This document shows positions 1 to 10,400 of a stretch of DNA of 64,000 bases, one piece after another; the stretch's first letter is position 1, and every line of letters starts with the position of its first letter. Source of the stretch: Candidatus Levybacteria bacterium GW2011_GWA1_37_16 (lineage in GTDB: Bacteria; Patescibacteriota; Microgenomatia; Levybacterales; UBA12049). The stretch is taken from contig CALRGR010000003.1 in assembly GCA_943357985.1 (NCBI GenBank), positions 6,496 to 70,495 of the forward strand. Direction: 5' to 3'. The translations under genes and the position numbers were made by a program. The notes beneath the pieces are model-generated. The model was not told the origin of the DNA and made no database searches. It was given only the letters and a program-made list of their open reading frames with translations.

Positions 1-763
1 ACATAATCTTCCCGACTTGGTTAAAATTGGAGATATAAGGGGAGATTTGCATATTCACACAAATTATCCAATCGACTCAAGTCATGATTACGGAATTTCC
101 TCAATGCAAGAAATGATAAATAGAGCTAAAGAATTAAAATACGAATATATAGGACTTTCAGATCACAATCCAAGTATCGGAAATCATACAAAGAATGAAC
201 TTTATTCAATACTTTCAAAAAGAAAAAGTATAATTGATAGTATAAAAAAGAGTAATAAAAGTATTCGAGTAATAAATCTACTTGAAATGGACATTCTAGC
301 CTCGGGGGAGTTAGCAATAGACAATAAAACCCTTGAGCTGGTAGATGCGCTAATAGTTTCAATCCACAGCTCTTTCTCTACCAACAAGGAAGATATGACA
401 AGGAGAGTCCTTGCAGGATTGTCTAATCCAAAAGCTAAAATCCTAGCCCATCCAACAGGAAGACTTCTTAACTTAAGAGCTGGATACGAACTTGACTGGA
501 ATAGAATATTTGATTTTTGTGTTAAAAACAATAAAGCTTTGGAGATAAATGCTTGGCCAGAAAGACTTGATTTGTCTGATGGACTCGTAAAGCAAGCAAA
601 AGAAGCAGGGGTAAAATTTGTTATAAACACAGATAGTCACGCAATATCTCATATGGACAATATGTTCTACGGGGTGTCTGTTGCAAGACGAGGCTGGACA
701 GAGAAGAAAGATATCCTAAATACCTTACCTGCCAATAAATTCGTTGAGTGGATTACATCTTAA
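1..763 (+). CDS. PHP-domain metal-dependent phosphoesterase; probably the C-terminal PHP domain of a PolX-family DNA polymerase or histidinol-phosphatase-like protein (5'-partial)
   Basis: Listed ORF 17-763 starts at a TTG and the frame stays open back to position 2, so the gene likely starts upstream of the window. PHP motifs are present: GDLHIHT, SDHN, and DSH near the C-terminus. Confidence 0.5.
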   Translation, partial: HNLPDLVKIGDIRGDLHIHTNYPIDSSHDYGISSMQEMINRAKELKYEYIGLSDHNPSIGNHTKNELYSILSKRKSIIDSIKKSNKSIRVINLLEMDILASGELAIDNKTLELVDALIVSIHSSFSTNKEDMTRRVLAGLSNPKAKILAHPTGRLLNLRAGYELDWNRIFDFCVKNNKALEINAWPERLDLSDGLVKQAKEAGVKFVINTDSHAISHMDNMFYGVSVARRGWTEKKDILNTLPANKFVEWITS

Positions 764-784
764 ATAAGTGATATACTATAAAAT

Positions 785-1336
785 ATGAACAGCATATGGA
801 TAGTAGCAGGAGTAGTATCATTGATAGCTATTTATCTCCTTACCATATATAACGGCCTCGTTTCGGCTAAGGTAAAGATTTCCGAAGCGTTTTCCCACAT
901 AGACGTACAGCTTAAAAGAAGAGTTGATCTTATTCCAAATTTAATTGAATCCGTAAAAGGATATGTTAAACATGAGAAAGAAGTTCTAGAAAAAGTTACT
1001 GCAGCAAGAACCTCACTTATGCAAGCAAAAAGTCCTCATGAAAAAGCAAAATCAGACAACATGCTTACAGACACACTTAAATCTCTTTTTGCTGTAGCAG
1101 AAAACTATCCGACGCTTAAAGCAAATGAAAATTTCATTAAACTCCAGGATGAGCTTTCTGACACAGAAAATAAAATTGCCTACAGCCGCCAGTTCTATAA
1201 TTCAACAGTTATGGACTTTAATACCAAAATACAAATTTTCCCAAATATGATTGTCGCTAGTCTTCTTGCTTTTAAGGCTGCGGAGTTTTTTCAAATTGAA
1301 GAAGACGAAAAGAAACCAATAAAAGTTTCTTTCTAG
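785..1336 (+). CDS. lemA: LemA family protein (N-terminal membrane anchor)
   Basis: N-terminal TM helix followed by the conserved LemA core (VSAKVKISEAFSHIDVQLKRRVDLIPNL...ENYPTLKANENF). The usual LemA-HtpX pairing is seen with the next gene. Confidence 0.8.
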   Translation: MNSIWIVAGVVSLIAIYLLTIYNGLVSAKVKISEAFSHIDVQLKRRVDLIPNLIESVKGYVKHEKEVLEKVTAARTSLMQAKSPHEKAKSDNMLTDTLKSLFAVAENYPTLKANENFIKLQDELSDTENKIAYSRQFYNSTVMDFNTKIQIFPNMIVASLLAFKAAEFFQIEEDEKKPIKVSF

Positions 1337-1345
1337 GCTTGCCCT

Positions 1346-2248
1346 ATGAACATCTATTCCTCTATTTCTCAGAATAAATTCAAAACGTGGTTAATAATGT
1401 TACTGTTTGTAATTTTTATAGTCACCGTCATCTATATTTTCGGCAAAGCATCAGGCTATGGACTTTCCTTCGTTGGATTTGGCCTTATTTTCGCCGGACT
1501 TGTAAGTCTTGGCAGTTACTACTATTCCGACAAATTAGTTCTGGCTATATCAGGAGCAAAGAAGCTTAAAAAAGAAGATAGTCCCAATCTGTTCAAAATC
1601 ATAGAAAATTTAAGTATAGGTGACGGCCTTCCAATGCCTCAAATTTATATGACAAATGATGCCTCTCCTAATGCCTTTGCAACTGGCCGTGATCCAAAAC
1701 ATGCAGTAGTTTGTGTAACAACAGGTCTTCTTGAAAAGCTAAATAAAACCGAGGTTGAAGGAGTGTTGGCTCACGAACTTTCTCATATCAAAAACTATGA
1801 TACCAGACTTATGGCAGTTGTGGCAATTCTAGTGGGATTTATAGCAATTGCGGCCGACTTTTTCATGCGTAGTCTTTGGTTTGGCGGCATGAGAGATAAT
1901 GACAGACAAGGTAGCGGAAACTCTCAATTCATATTTCTTGCAATTGGAATTGCTTTTGCAATACTTTCCCCTCTAGTTGCAACTCTAATTCAGCTTGCAG
2001 TTTCAAGAAAAAGAGAGTTTCTGGCGGACGCGTCCGGCGCGCTTTTAACTAGATATCCCGAGGGCCTAGCATCTGCACTTGAAAAGCTAGCTGCTGACAA
2101 AACGCCCATGAAACACGCAAGCAATGCAACGGCCCACCTTTATATTGAAAACCCATTCAATGATAAGAAAAAAACAACATGGTTTGCAGGACTTTTCAAT
2201 ACTCATCCTCCGATTGAAGAACGCATTAGAATCCTCCGCTCAATGTAA
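1346..2248 (+). CDS. htpX: HtpX-like M48 zinc metalloprotease
   Basis: HEXXH motif (HELSHIKNYD), multiple TM segments, and a position directly downstream of lemA. Confidence 0.8.
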   Translation: MNIYSSISQNKFKTWLIMLLFVIFIVTVIYIFGKASGYGLSFVGFGLIFAGLVSLGSYYYSDKLVLAISGAKKLKKEDSPNLFKIIENLSIGDGLPMPQIYMTNDASPNAFATGRDPKHAVVCVTTGLLEKLNKTEVEGVLAHELSHIKNYDTRLMAVVAILVGFIAIAADFFMRSLWFGGMRDNDRQGSGNSQFIFLAIGIAFAILSPLVATLIQLAVSRKREFLADASGALLTRYPEGLASALEKLAADKTPMKHASNATAHLYIENPFNDKKKTTWFAGLFNTHPPIEERIRILRSM

Positions 2249-2249
2249 A

Positions 2250-3551
2250 ATGCTACAAACACTTTCCATACTTGCTGGAAAAACTGTTTCGCTTATTAGT
2301 AAATTATTGAACAGGAGTGGTTCTACTTGGCCTGGACATGCCGCATTTGGCCTCGATTCCAACATAGTTAAGAAGTTAACGAGAACTAATCCAAAGCTAA
2401 GGATTGTTTTAGTTGCAGGCACAAATGGCAAGACGACTACTTCTAAGATGCTTTCTGAAATCCTGGAAGCAAACGGCAAGAAAGTCTTTAGAAATGAAGA
2501 AGGCGCCAACTTGTTAAATGGGATAGCTTCAAGTCTTATTTCTCATTCGAACTTGCTAGGGAAAATTAATTTCGATACTGCAATTTTTGAAGTTGATGAA
2601 AATTCCCTATCGATTATTCTTGAAAATACAAAGCCTTACGCAGTTATTCTTTTGAACCTATTTAGGGATCAATTAGATAGATACGGAGAAGTAAATATTA
2701 TTGCTGAAAAGTGGAAAAAGGCACTGGAAAATCTTCCAAAAGAAACTTTTCTTATTTCAAATGGCGATGACCCAATGCTTTCCTACATAAGTGCCAAATC
2801 CGGGACAGAAAATTATTATTTTGGCCTACCGAAGAAAATAAATTCGAGCACAGGGTCGGACCCTCTACAATCAGATGTGGACTTTTTATACTGTCCACAT
2901 TGTTCTACAAAATTAGAATTTGAAAGCAGAATTTATTCCCATTTGGGAAAATTTAAATGTCCAAAATGCAATTTTACAAACCCATTAATTTACTCATTCG
3001 ACACCTTGTCAAATCCTCTGCTTGGAGAGTACAACCGATACAATATCAACGCTGCAGCGCTACTTTTAACAGAGGGGTTTGGTGTTGGCTTGGATGCAAT
3101 TGAGATGTCTTTGCAAAACTTTACTCCGGCCTTTGGAAGACAAGAAAAAATAAAATATAAAAATAAGGACGTCTTTGTCATGCTCTCCAAAAACCCCGCA
3201 AGCTTTAATCAATCTATTCAGGCAATCTTAGGAAAAGAAAAATCCCCCAATGTTTTACTTGTATTAAACGACAGAATTCCTGACGGACGCGACGTCTCAT
3301 GGATCTGGGATATAGATACAGATGAGTTATCGAGAAAAGCAAGTTCAATAACAATTTCCGGAGAAAGATGCTTTGATATGGGACTAAGACTTAAATACTC
3401 GGAAGGAAAATTTGAGATTAGAGAAAATTTGGAGCAAGCAATTAATTACGCAATTTCAAAGCTAAAAACAGGTCATACTCTTTATATTCTCCCAACTTAT
3501 TCGGCAATGCTTGATACAAGAAAAATCTTAACCGGAAGGAGCATCCTTTAA
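2250..3551 (+). CDS. murT: Lipid II isoglutaminyl synthase subunit MurT (Mur-ligase family with C-terminal DUF1727 zinc ribbon)
   Basis: Mur-ligase P-loop (VAGTNGKTTTSKM) and a Cys4 ribbon (CPHCSTKL...CPKC). The start was chosen at the ATG overlapping the htpX stop, giving MLQTLSIL. It is followed by gatD. Confidence 0.75.
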   Translation: MLQTLSILAGKTVSLISKLLNRSGSTWPGHAAFGLDSNIVKKLTRTNPKLRIVLVAGTNGKTTTSKMLSEILEANGKKVFRNEEGANLLNGIASSLISHSNLLGKINFDTAIFEVDENSLSIILENTKPYAVILLNLFRDQLDRYGEVNIIAEKWKKALENLPKETFLISNGDDPMLSYISAKSGTENYYFGLPKKINSSTGSDPLQSDVDFLYCPHCSTKLEFESRIYSHLGKFKCPKCNFTNPLIYSFDTLSNPLLGEYNRYNINAAALLLTEGFGVGLDAIEMSLQNFTPAFGRQEKIKYKNKDVFVMLSKNPASFNQSIQAILGKEKSPNVLLVLNDRIPDGRDVSWIWDIDTDELSRKASSITISGERCFDMGLRLKYSEGKFEIRENLEQAINYAISKLKTGHTLYILPTYSAMLDTRKILTGRSIL

Positions 3552-3567
3552 CTAAACGCTATACGCT

Positions 3568-4365
3568 ATGAACTATACGCTAAAAATTGGTTGGCTATAC
3601 CCGGATTTAATGAATACTTATGGCGATAGAGGAAACATTTTAGTTCTTCAAAAAAGATGTCAGTGGAGAAATATAGATGTTGAAATAAAACACCTTGACG
3701 TTGGATTTTTGGATACTGAGCTCAAAGCCTGCGATATCCTATTTATGGGCGGTGCGCAGGATACCCAACAAATGATCGTTTCCCATGACTTTAGCGCTAA
3801 CAAGACTACTCTGCTAAAAGAGCTAGTAGAGGCCGGAACACCCGGACTTTTCATTTGCGGAGCTTATCAGTTTTTAGGACAATATTATAAAGAAGCAGAT
3901 GGCACCAAAATCCCCGGACTCTCCATACTTGACCTTTACACCGAGCATCCCGGAAATAATCGTAAAAGGCTTATCGGCAACATAATCATAAAAGTTAATA
4001 GTCAATGGTCACTAGTTGATAGAAATAAACCCATAACCAATAAACCATCAACCATAAGCTATTTAGTCGGTTTTGAAAACCATGGAGGAATGACTTATCT
4101 TGCTGATAAGAGCCTCTCTTTTGGCAAAGTTATCAAAGGCTTTGGAAATAATGGGAGGGATGAAACAGAAGGGATAATGTATAAAAACTCAATAGGCACG
4201 TACCTTCATGGCCCAATTCTTCCAAAAAATCCAAAACTAGCAGATTTTCTCATCCAAAAAGCTTTAACGAAAAAGTATGGAAAAGTGAAATTAGAAAAGC
4301 TCGACGACACACTGGAAAACAAAGCCCGAAGTGTCATTGCTAAGAGACTTGGCACTGCGTTATAA
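3568..4365 (+). CDS. gatD: Glutamine amidotransferase GatD (CobQ/CobB-type GATase partner of MurT)
   Basis: Catalytic Cys in FICGAYQFLG and a His in YLHGP. The size and the position after murT fit the MurT/GatD lipid II amidation pair. Confidence 0.75.
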   Translation: MNYTLKIGWLYPDLMNTYGDRGNILVLQKRCQWRNIDVEIKHLDVGFLDTELKACDILFMGGAQDTQQMIVSHDFSANKTTLLKELVEAGTPGLFICGAYQFLGQYYKEADGTKIPGLSILDLYTEHPGNNRKRLIGNIIIKVNSQWSLVDRNKPITNKPSTISYLVGFENHGGMTYLADKSLSFGKVIKGFGNNGRDETEGIMYKNSIGTYLHGPILPKNPKLADFLIQKALTKKYGKVKLEKLDDTLENKARSVIAKRLGTAL

Positions 4366-4372
4366 TTACCGC

Positions 4373-4687
4373 ATGAAAATAAATGTTCCTCATATTGCAA
4401 AACTGGCAAATCTTACAATTTCCCCGCAGGAAGAAAGTAAACTCGAAAAGCAGCTGACCGAAATTTTAACTTATGTAGAAAAACTTAAGGAAGTTAACCT
4501 GCCTGCCGGCAAGGCAGGTACCTCCGGAGCTGAGGAAACTTCACAAGTTACAGGGCTTGAAAATATAACTCGCGAAGACATAGCTAAGGACTGCGAGCTA
4601 ACTCAACAAGAAGCAATCTCCGGATCCAAATCTACTCACAACGGACTTTTTAAAGTAAAAGGAATATTAGTAGCGACTAGTGAATAG
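4373..4687 (+). CDS. gatC: Asp/Glu-tRNA amidotransferase subunit C
   Basis: About 100 aa with GatC-like sequence (ISPQEESKLEKQLTEILTYVEKL), directly upstream of gatA and gatB. Start chosen at the internal MKINV. Confidence 0.65.
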   Translation: MKINVPHIAKLANLTISPQEESKLEKQLTEILTYVEKLKEVNLPAGKAGTSGAEETSQVTGLENITREDIAKDCELTQQEAISGSKSTHNGLFKVKGILVATSE

Positions 4688-4703
4688 CGTTTAGCGTATA
4701 GTT

Positions 4704-6143
4704 ATGAATTTAAATCAATTAACAATTGCAGAAGCAATAAAAGAACTAAAAGAAAAAAAGTTTTCCTCGATCGATATCACAAAAGCTTGCCTTGAGCAAA
4801 TTAAAAAACACAATTATGAGATTAATGCTTTTATAACAGTTGATGAAAAAGGAGCACTTGAGCAAGCAAAGATTGCAGACAAATTAGCCTCGCAAGGGGA
4901 GACCTGGGAGGCTAAACCTTTACTTGGAATTCCAATTGCCCTTAAAGATATTTTTTTGACAAAAGGGCTAAAGACTACTGCCGCCTCCAAGGTTCTGGAA
5001 AACTATATTCCACAATATGACGCAACAGTTACTAAAAAACTAAAAGATGCCGGAGCTGTAATACTCGGAAAAACAAATCTTGATGCGTGGGCACATGGTT
5101 CAAGCGGAGAGAATTCCGACTTTGGTGCGACCAAAAACCCATGGAATAAAGAATACGTTCCTGGAGGCTCTAGCAGCGGCTCTGCTGCTTCTTTGGCTGC
5201 AGACATGTGTCTTGCATCAACAGGAACCGACACAGGCGGCTCTATAAGGCTACCTGCAAGCTTCAACAATCTCGTAGGGCTAAAACCAACTTACGGCAGA
5301 GTTAGCCGTTATGGAATTATTGCCATGGCATCATCCCTTGACACAATAGGACATTTTACAAAAACAGTTGAAGACTCAGCTATTCTTTTAAACGTTACTG
5401 CAGGTTCGGACCCTCTTGATGCGACGACCCCTGGGGTTGAGCCTCAAGATTATACAAAAAGCATTGGAAAAGGAGTAAAAGGATTAAAAATTGGAGTTCC
5501 AAAAGAATACTTTACTGGGGGACTCGATAGTGCAATAAAAGACAAAGTCGAAACAGCAATAAAAAAACTCGAAGAACTTGGAGTTGAAATCGTTGAAATC
5601 TCTCTTCCAAATACTGAATACGCAGTTTCGGTTTATTACATTATTATGTCTTCCGAAGTTTCGTCTAATTTAGCAAGATACGATGGTATCCGATTTGGCA
5701 ATGATCGTTCGAGCTTTGGTGAGGAAGCGAAAAGAAGAATAATGCTGGGAACATTTACATTGTCTACAGGCTACTACGACGCTTACTACAAAAAAGCTAT
5801 GCAAGTTAGGACTTTAATAAAGCAAGACTTTGATAAAGCTTTTGAAAAAGTAGATGCAATTATTTCTCCAGTATCCCCTACGGCTCCATGGAAACTTGGA
5901 GAAAAAGTTAATGATCCGCTGAAAATGTATTTGTCTGATATTTTTACAGTCACTGCAAATTTAGCCGGAATTCCAGGACTTTCTGTCCCCGCAGGTTTTA
6001 TCCGTTCGGCGAGCTCAGGACAAGCAGAATTGCCGGTAGGTATCCAAATATTAGGACCTCAGTTTTCTGAGGAGAAACTATTTCAAATTGGAAACGCATA
6101 CGAAAAATCAACAGATTTTTATAAACAAAAACCAACATTATGA
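4704..6143 (+). CDS. gatA: Glutamyl-tRNA(Gln)/Asp-tRNA(Asn) amidotransferase subunit A (amidase signature family)
   Basis: Amidase signature GGSSSGSAAS and the Ser-cisSer-Lys context. Located between gatC and gatB. Confidence 0.9.
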   Translation: MNLNQLTIAEAIKELKEKKFSSIDITKACLEQIKKHNYEINAFITVDEKGALEQAKIADKLASQGETWEAKPLLGIPIALKDIFLTKGLKTTAASKVLENYIPQYDATVTKKLKDAGAVILGKTNLDAWAHGSSGENSDFGATKNPWNKEYVPGGSSSGSAASLAADMCLASTGTDTGGSIRLPASFNNLVGLKPTYGRVSRYGIIAMASSLDTIGHFTKTVEDSAILLNVTAGSDPLDATTPGVEPQDYTKSIGKGVKGLKIGVPKEYFTGGLDSAIKDKVETAIKKLEELGVEIVEISLPNTEYAVSVYYIIMSSEVSSNLARYDGIRFGNDRSSFGEEAKRRIMLGTFTLSTGYYDAYYKKAMQVRTLIKQDFDKAFEKVDAIISPVSPTAPWKLGEKVNDPLKMYLSDIFTVTANLAGIPGLSVPAGFIRSASSGQAELPVGIQILGPQFSEEKLFQIGNAYEKSTDFYKQKPTL

Positions 6144-7465
6144 AACCCATCATTGGACTTGAAGTACACGTAGAGTTAAAAACCAAGAGCAAAATGTTTT
6201 GCGGCTGCTCTGCGAATTATTTTGGACAGAAACCTAATAGCCATACTTGTCCTGTCTGTTTAGGTCTTCCCGGAGCTTTGCCCGTTCCAAACAAACAAGC
6301 AATTGACTGGTGTATAAAAATAGGGTCGTCTTTAAACTGTGAGATAAGCTCTTTTTCTAAATTCGATAGAAAAAATTATTTCTACCCCGACCTTTCCAAA
6401 GGCTACCAAATAAGCCAATACGACAAACCTTTCTGTGAGAATGGCGAAATTATTTTATCGAATAACAAAAGGATCAGGATTAGAAGAGTTCACATGGAAG
6501 AAGACACAGCCAAATTGATACATCAATTTGAAACTCAAAACTCAAAAGTCAAAAGTCAAAATTACTCACTGGTTGATTTCAACAGAAGCGGCGTTCCACT
6601 TGTAGAAATAGTTACGGAGCCTGATTTTGAAAACGCAACAGAAGTTAAAGAATACTTGCAGAAACTTCAACAAATTGTCCGCTATTTAGAAGTTTCCAAC
6701 GCGGATATGGAAAAAGGAGATATGAGATTAGAACCAAATATTTCCCTCTCTCCCGATGGAAACCTACCGAATTACAAAGTTGAGGTAAAAAACATAAATT
6801 CATTTAGCTTTGTAGAAAAAGCAATTAATTTTGAAATTAAAAGGCAAGGCGAACTTTTAGATAAAGGTGAAACTCCTGCACAGGAAACCAGAGGCTGGGA
6901 TGAAAAAAGCCAAGGAACAAAATCACAAAGACTAAAAGAAGAAGCTAATGATTATAGGTACTTCCCAGAGCCCGACATCCCTCCGATTAAATTTTCTGAC
7001 TTAGAAATAGAAACAATAAAAGGTAGCATGCCAGAACTTCCCCAGCAAAAATTGGAAAGATTCCAAAGTGAATTTATCCTACCCCATTACGACTCGGAGA
7101 TCATAACAAGAGATAAAGTCTTGGCTGATTATTTTGAAGAGACAGTCGAAGTTGGCAAAAAGCATAACATTACACCAAAACAGATTGCAAACACGATTAT
7201 TAATAAGAAAATTAATATCGGAGAAGTTTTGCCTGCAAAACTTATCGAAACGATATTGGAAAGTGGAAAGATTGAGGAAATGTCTGCTGAAAAACTGGAA
7301 GAAAACATATCGGAAGTACTTATAGAAAACCAAAAAGCTGTAGATGAATATAAGGGTGGAAAAGAGAATGCTCTTAAGTTTTTGCTAGGACAAACTATGA
7401 AAAAAATAGGTAAAAAGGTCGATTCAAGCGCAGTAAAAAATGCTATACTAGAAAAGCTAAAATAA
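6140..7465 (+). CDS. gatB: Asp/Glu-tRNA amidotransferase subunit B
   Basis: N-terminal MKPIIGLEVHVEL...CGC motif typical of GatB/GatE, and a C-terminal GatB/YqeY domain. Confidence 0.9.
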   Translation: MKPIIGLEVHVELKTKSKMFCGCSANYFGQKPNSHTCPVCLGLPGALPVPNKQAIDWCIKIGSSLNCEISSFSKFDRKNYFYPDLSKGYQISQYDKPFCENGEIILSNNKRIRIRRVHMEEDTAKLIHQFETQNSKVKSQNYSLVDFNRSGVPLVEIVTEPDFENATEVKEYLQKLQQIVRYLEVSNADMEKGDMRLEPNISLSPDGNLPNYKVEVKNINSFSFVEKAINFEIKRQGELLDKGETPAQETRGWDEKSQGTKSQRLKEEANDYRYFPEPDIPPIKFSDLEIETIKGSMPELPQQKLERFQSEFILPHYDSEIITRDKVLADYFEETVEVGKKHNITPKQIANTIINKKINIGEVLPAKLIETILESGKIEEMSAEKLEENISEVLIENQKAVDEYKGGKENALKFLLGQTMKKIGKKVDSSAVKNAILEKLK

Positions 7466-7489
7466 TAAGGAGAGCTTGCTCTCGAAACT

Positions 7490-10400
7490 ATGACAGACTT
7501 CGTTCACCTACACAACCACAGCGAATATTCTCTACTTGATGGATTGTCAAAAATAAAAGCAATGGTACAAAGAGCCAAAGAGCTTGATATGAAAGCTCTT
7601 GCCATTACAGATCATGGCAATATGTATGGAACTATAGTATTTTTTAAAGCATGCAAAGAAGCGGGAATAAAACCAATCATCGGTTGTGAAATTTATATAA
7701 GCAAAAGAGCAAAGGAAAATAAGGAAGCAGGAATAGATTCAGACTCAAACCACTTAATACTTCTGGCAAAAGACATGAAAGGCTATAAAAATCTGATGAA
7801 AATAGTATCCGAAGCACAACTAGATGGATATTATTACAAACCAAGAACAGACGAAAGTCTTCTTGAAAAATATCATGAGGGATTAATTTGTCTTTCGGCT
7901 TGTGTAAATGGATATGTTTCAGAACCGCTAATAGAAGGGAAAGAAGATGAAGCAATAAGAAGAGCAAAGAAACTTTCTGAAATTTTTGGAGAAGGAAATT
8001 TTTACTTAGAACTCCAAAAACATCTAAACGTTAAAAAACAAGATCCGCTAAACGAAAAGCTGGTTGAGATGTCAAAAAAACTGGGGATTCCGCTGGTTGC
8101 AACAAATGACAATCACTATGTTTACAGTAGCGATGCTCAGGCACAGGAAATACTGCTTTGTATTCAAACGCAAACAACAATAGATACCCCAAACAGAAGA
8201 CTTTCTATGATTGACTCTCCTGATTTTTATATGAAAAGCAAAGAAGAAATGACAGGCCTTTTCTTGCAAACTCCGGAAGCTTTGGAAAACACATCAAAAA
8301 TAGCAGATATGTGCAACTTGGAACTTACACTTGGAAAATGGACAATGCCAAAATTTGCAGTACCGGACGGAAAAACTTCAAGCGAATACATAAAAGAGCT
8401 TGTTGATAAAGGACTTGTTGAAAGGTACGGGCAGATAACGCCAACGATAAGAGAAAGAGCTGACTACGAGCTTTCAATTATTCTAAATAAAGGTTACGAG
8501 ACATACATTCTGATTGTTGCGGATTTTGTTAATTGGGCAAAAGACAGAGGCATTACAGTCGGGCCAGGAAGAGGATCTGCAGCGGGAGCTATTGTTTGCT
8601 ACTCACTGAGAATCACTGACGTTGACCCACTTTACTTTAAGTTACCATTTGAAAGATTTCTAAACCCGGATAGACCTTCCGCTCCTGATATTGATCTTGA
8701 TTTTGCAGACAACAGAAGAGATGAGGTAATAGATTACGTTACCAAAAAATATGGGAGAGATAAGGTAGCACAGATTATAACATTTGGAACTATGGAAGCT
8801 AGAGGCTCGGTCAGAGATGCAGGAAGAGCTTTGGGCATGCCCTATTCCGTTCCGGATAGGATTTCAAAAATGATTCCACCAGGCTGGCAAGGACACGCAA
8901 TGACTCTTGAAACAGCCTTGGAACAAAGTTCGGATTTAAAAATGGCTTACGACGGTGAACCGGAAACAAAAAGGCTCCTAGATCTTGCTATGAAGCTTGA
9001 GGGAGTTTCCCGCCACGCCTCAGTACATGCAGCCGGTGTTGTTATTGCAGACAAAGATATTACCGAATATACACCACTACAACGGGAGCCTAACGGTGAA
9101 AAAATAATTACACAATACGACATGTATTCAATTGGAGAAGACGGTGTTGGGCTTTTAAAAATGGACTTCTTAGGACTTAGAAACCTTACAATCATTCAAG
9201 AAACTCTAAGATTTATAAAAGAAAATAAAGACGAAACTGTAGATTTTTCAACTCTTGGGTTTGAAGATGTAAAAACATATAGCCTTTTAGCCTCCGGTGA
9301 AACGACCGGAATTTTCCAGCTTGAGTCACCGGGAATGAGGAGATACATAAAAGACCTTAAGCCAACAACAATATTTGACGTTATGGCAATGGTTGCTCTT
9401 TACCGCCCTGGTCCAATGCAAAATATTCCAGAGTTTGTAAAAAGAAAGCATAACCCGGCCTTTATTGATTTTCCGGATGAAAGATTAAAAGATATCCTGT
9501 CTCAATCCTATGGAATTCTTACTTTTCAAGATGACGTTATGCTTATCTCCATTGCAATTGCCGGCTATTCATGGCTTGATGCCGACAAATTTAGAAAAGC
9601 TATGGGGAAAAAAATTCCTTCAGAAATGAAAAAACAGCACGATATATTTGTGAAAGGCGCCATAAAAAACGGACTAACAGAAAAAAAGGCAGAAGAAATG
9701 TTTAACCTTATAGCACCTTTTGCAGGATATGGATTCAATAAAGCTCATGCAGCCTGTTATGCAACAATTGCCTTTAGAACGGGCTATCTAAAAGCACACT
9801 ATTCTGTTGAATTTATGACAGCCCTTCTTACTGCCGAATCAAGAGGAAGCACGGGACCCACTAAAAATGAAAAGCTTGCTCAGGCAGTTGCCGAATGCAA
9901 AAGACTTAATGTCTCCGTTCTTCCACCAGACATAAATAAATCTAGGAGTGATTTTACAATTGAAGAAAATTCAAAAATAAGATTTGGTCTTTCTGCAATA
10001 AAGAACGTTGGAGGAGCTGCTATTCAAACAATTCTGGAGGGAGGACAAAGAGGACCCTTTAAGAGCTTTGAAGACTTTTGCTTACGGGTGAATTTAAGCA
10101 CTGTAAATAAAAAAACCATAGAAAGCCTTATTAAAGCAGGCGCCATGGATCAATTTGGAAATAGAGCAAGTCTTTTAATTACTGCTCCTGAAATAATTGA
10201 CAACGTCCAAAAAAAGAAAAAACAGGAACAGGAAGGACAGTCTACTCTTTTTGGAGATTCAGGCCAATCTCATGAAATCAAAAAAAATACTCAAGACGAC
10301 ATAAAGGATTTTTCTACAGATGAAAAACTATCTTTTGAAAAAGAATTTTTAGGATTTTATCTTACATCTCACCCATTTATGAATGAGCTCTTATCAATTA

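Noticed and set aside
126-630. Antisense ORFs (78 and 142 aa) inside the PHP-domain gene
   Set aside because: They lie entirely within a well-supported sense CDS, have low-complexity composition and no motifs. They are typical shadow ORFs of an AT-rich genome.
1387-1569. 60-aa ORF inside htpX
   Set aside because: It is an alternative frame of a strongly supported CDS.
6528-6560. Short tandem 7-mer repeat (ACTCAAA x2, AGTCAAA x2) inside gatB
   Set aside because: It is in-frame within a conserved CDS (ETQNSKVKSQN). It is probably a simple slippage-prone repeat with no evidence of a regulatory role.
7466-7489. Small hairpin GAGAGC-TT-GCTCTC between gatB and dnaE
   Set aside because: It is only a 6-bp stem and overlaps the dnaE RBS (AGGAGA). 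It is too weak to call as an attenuator or terminator.
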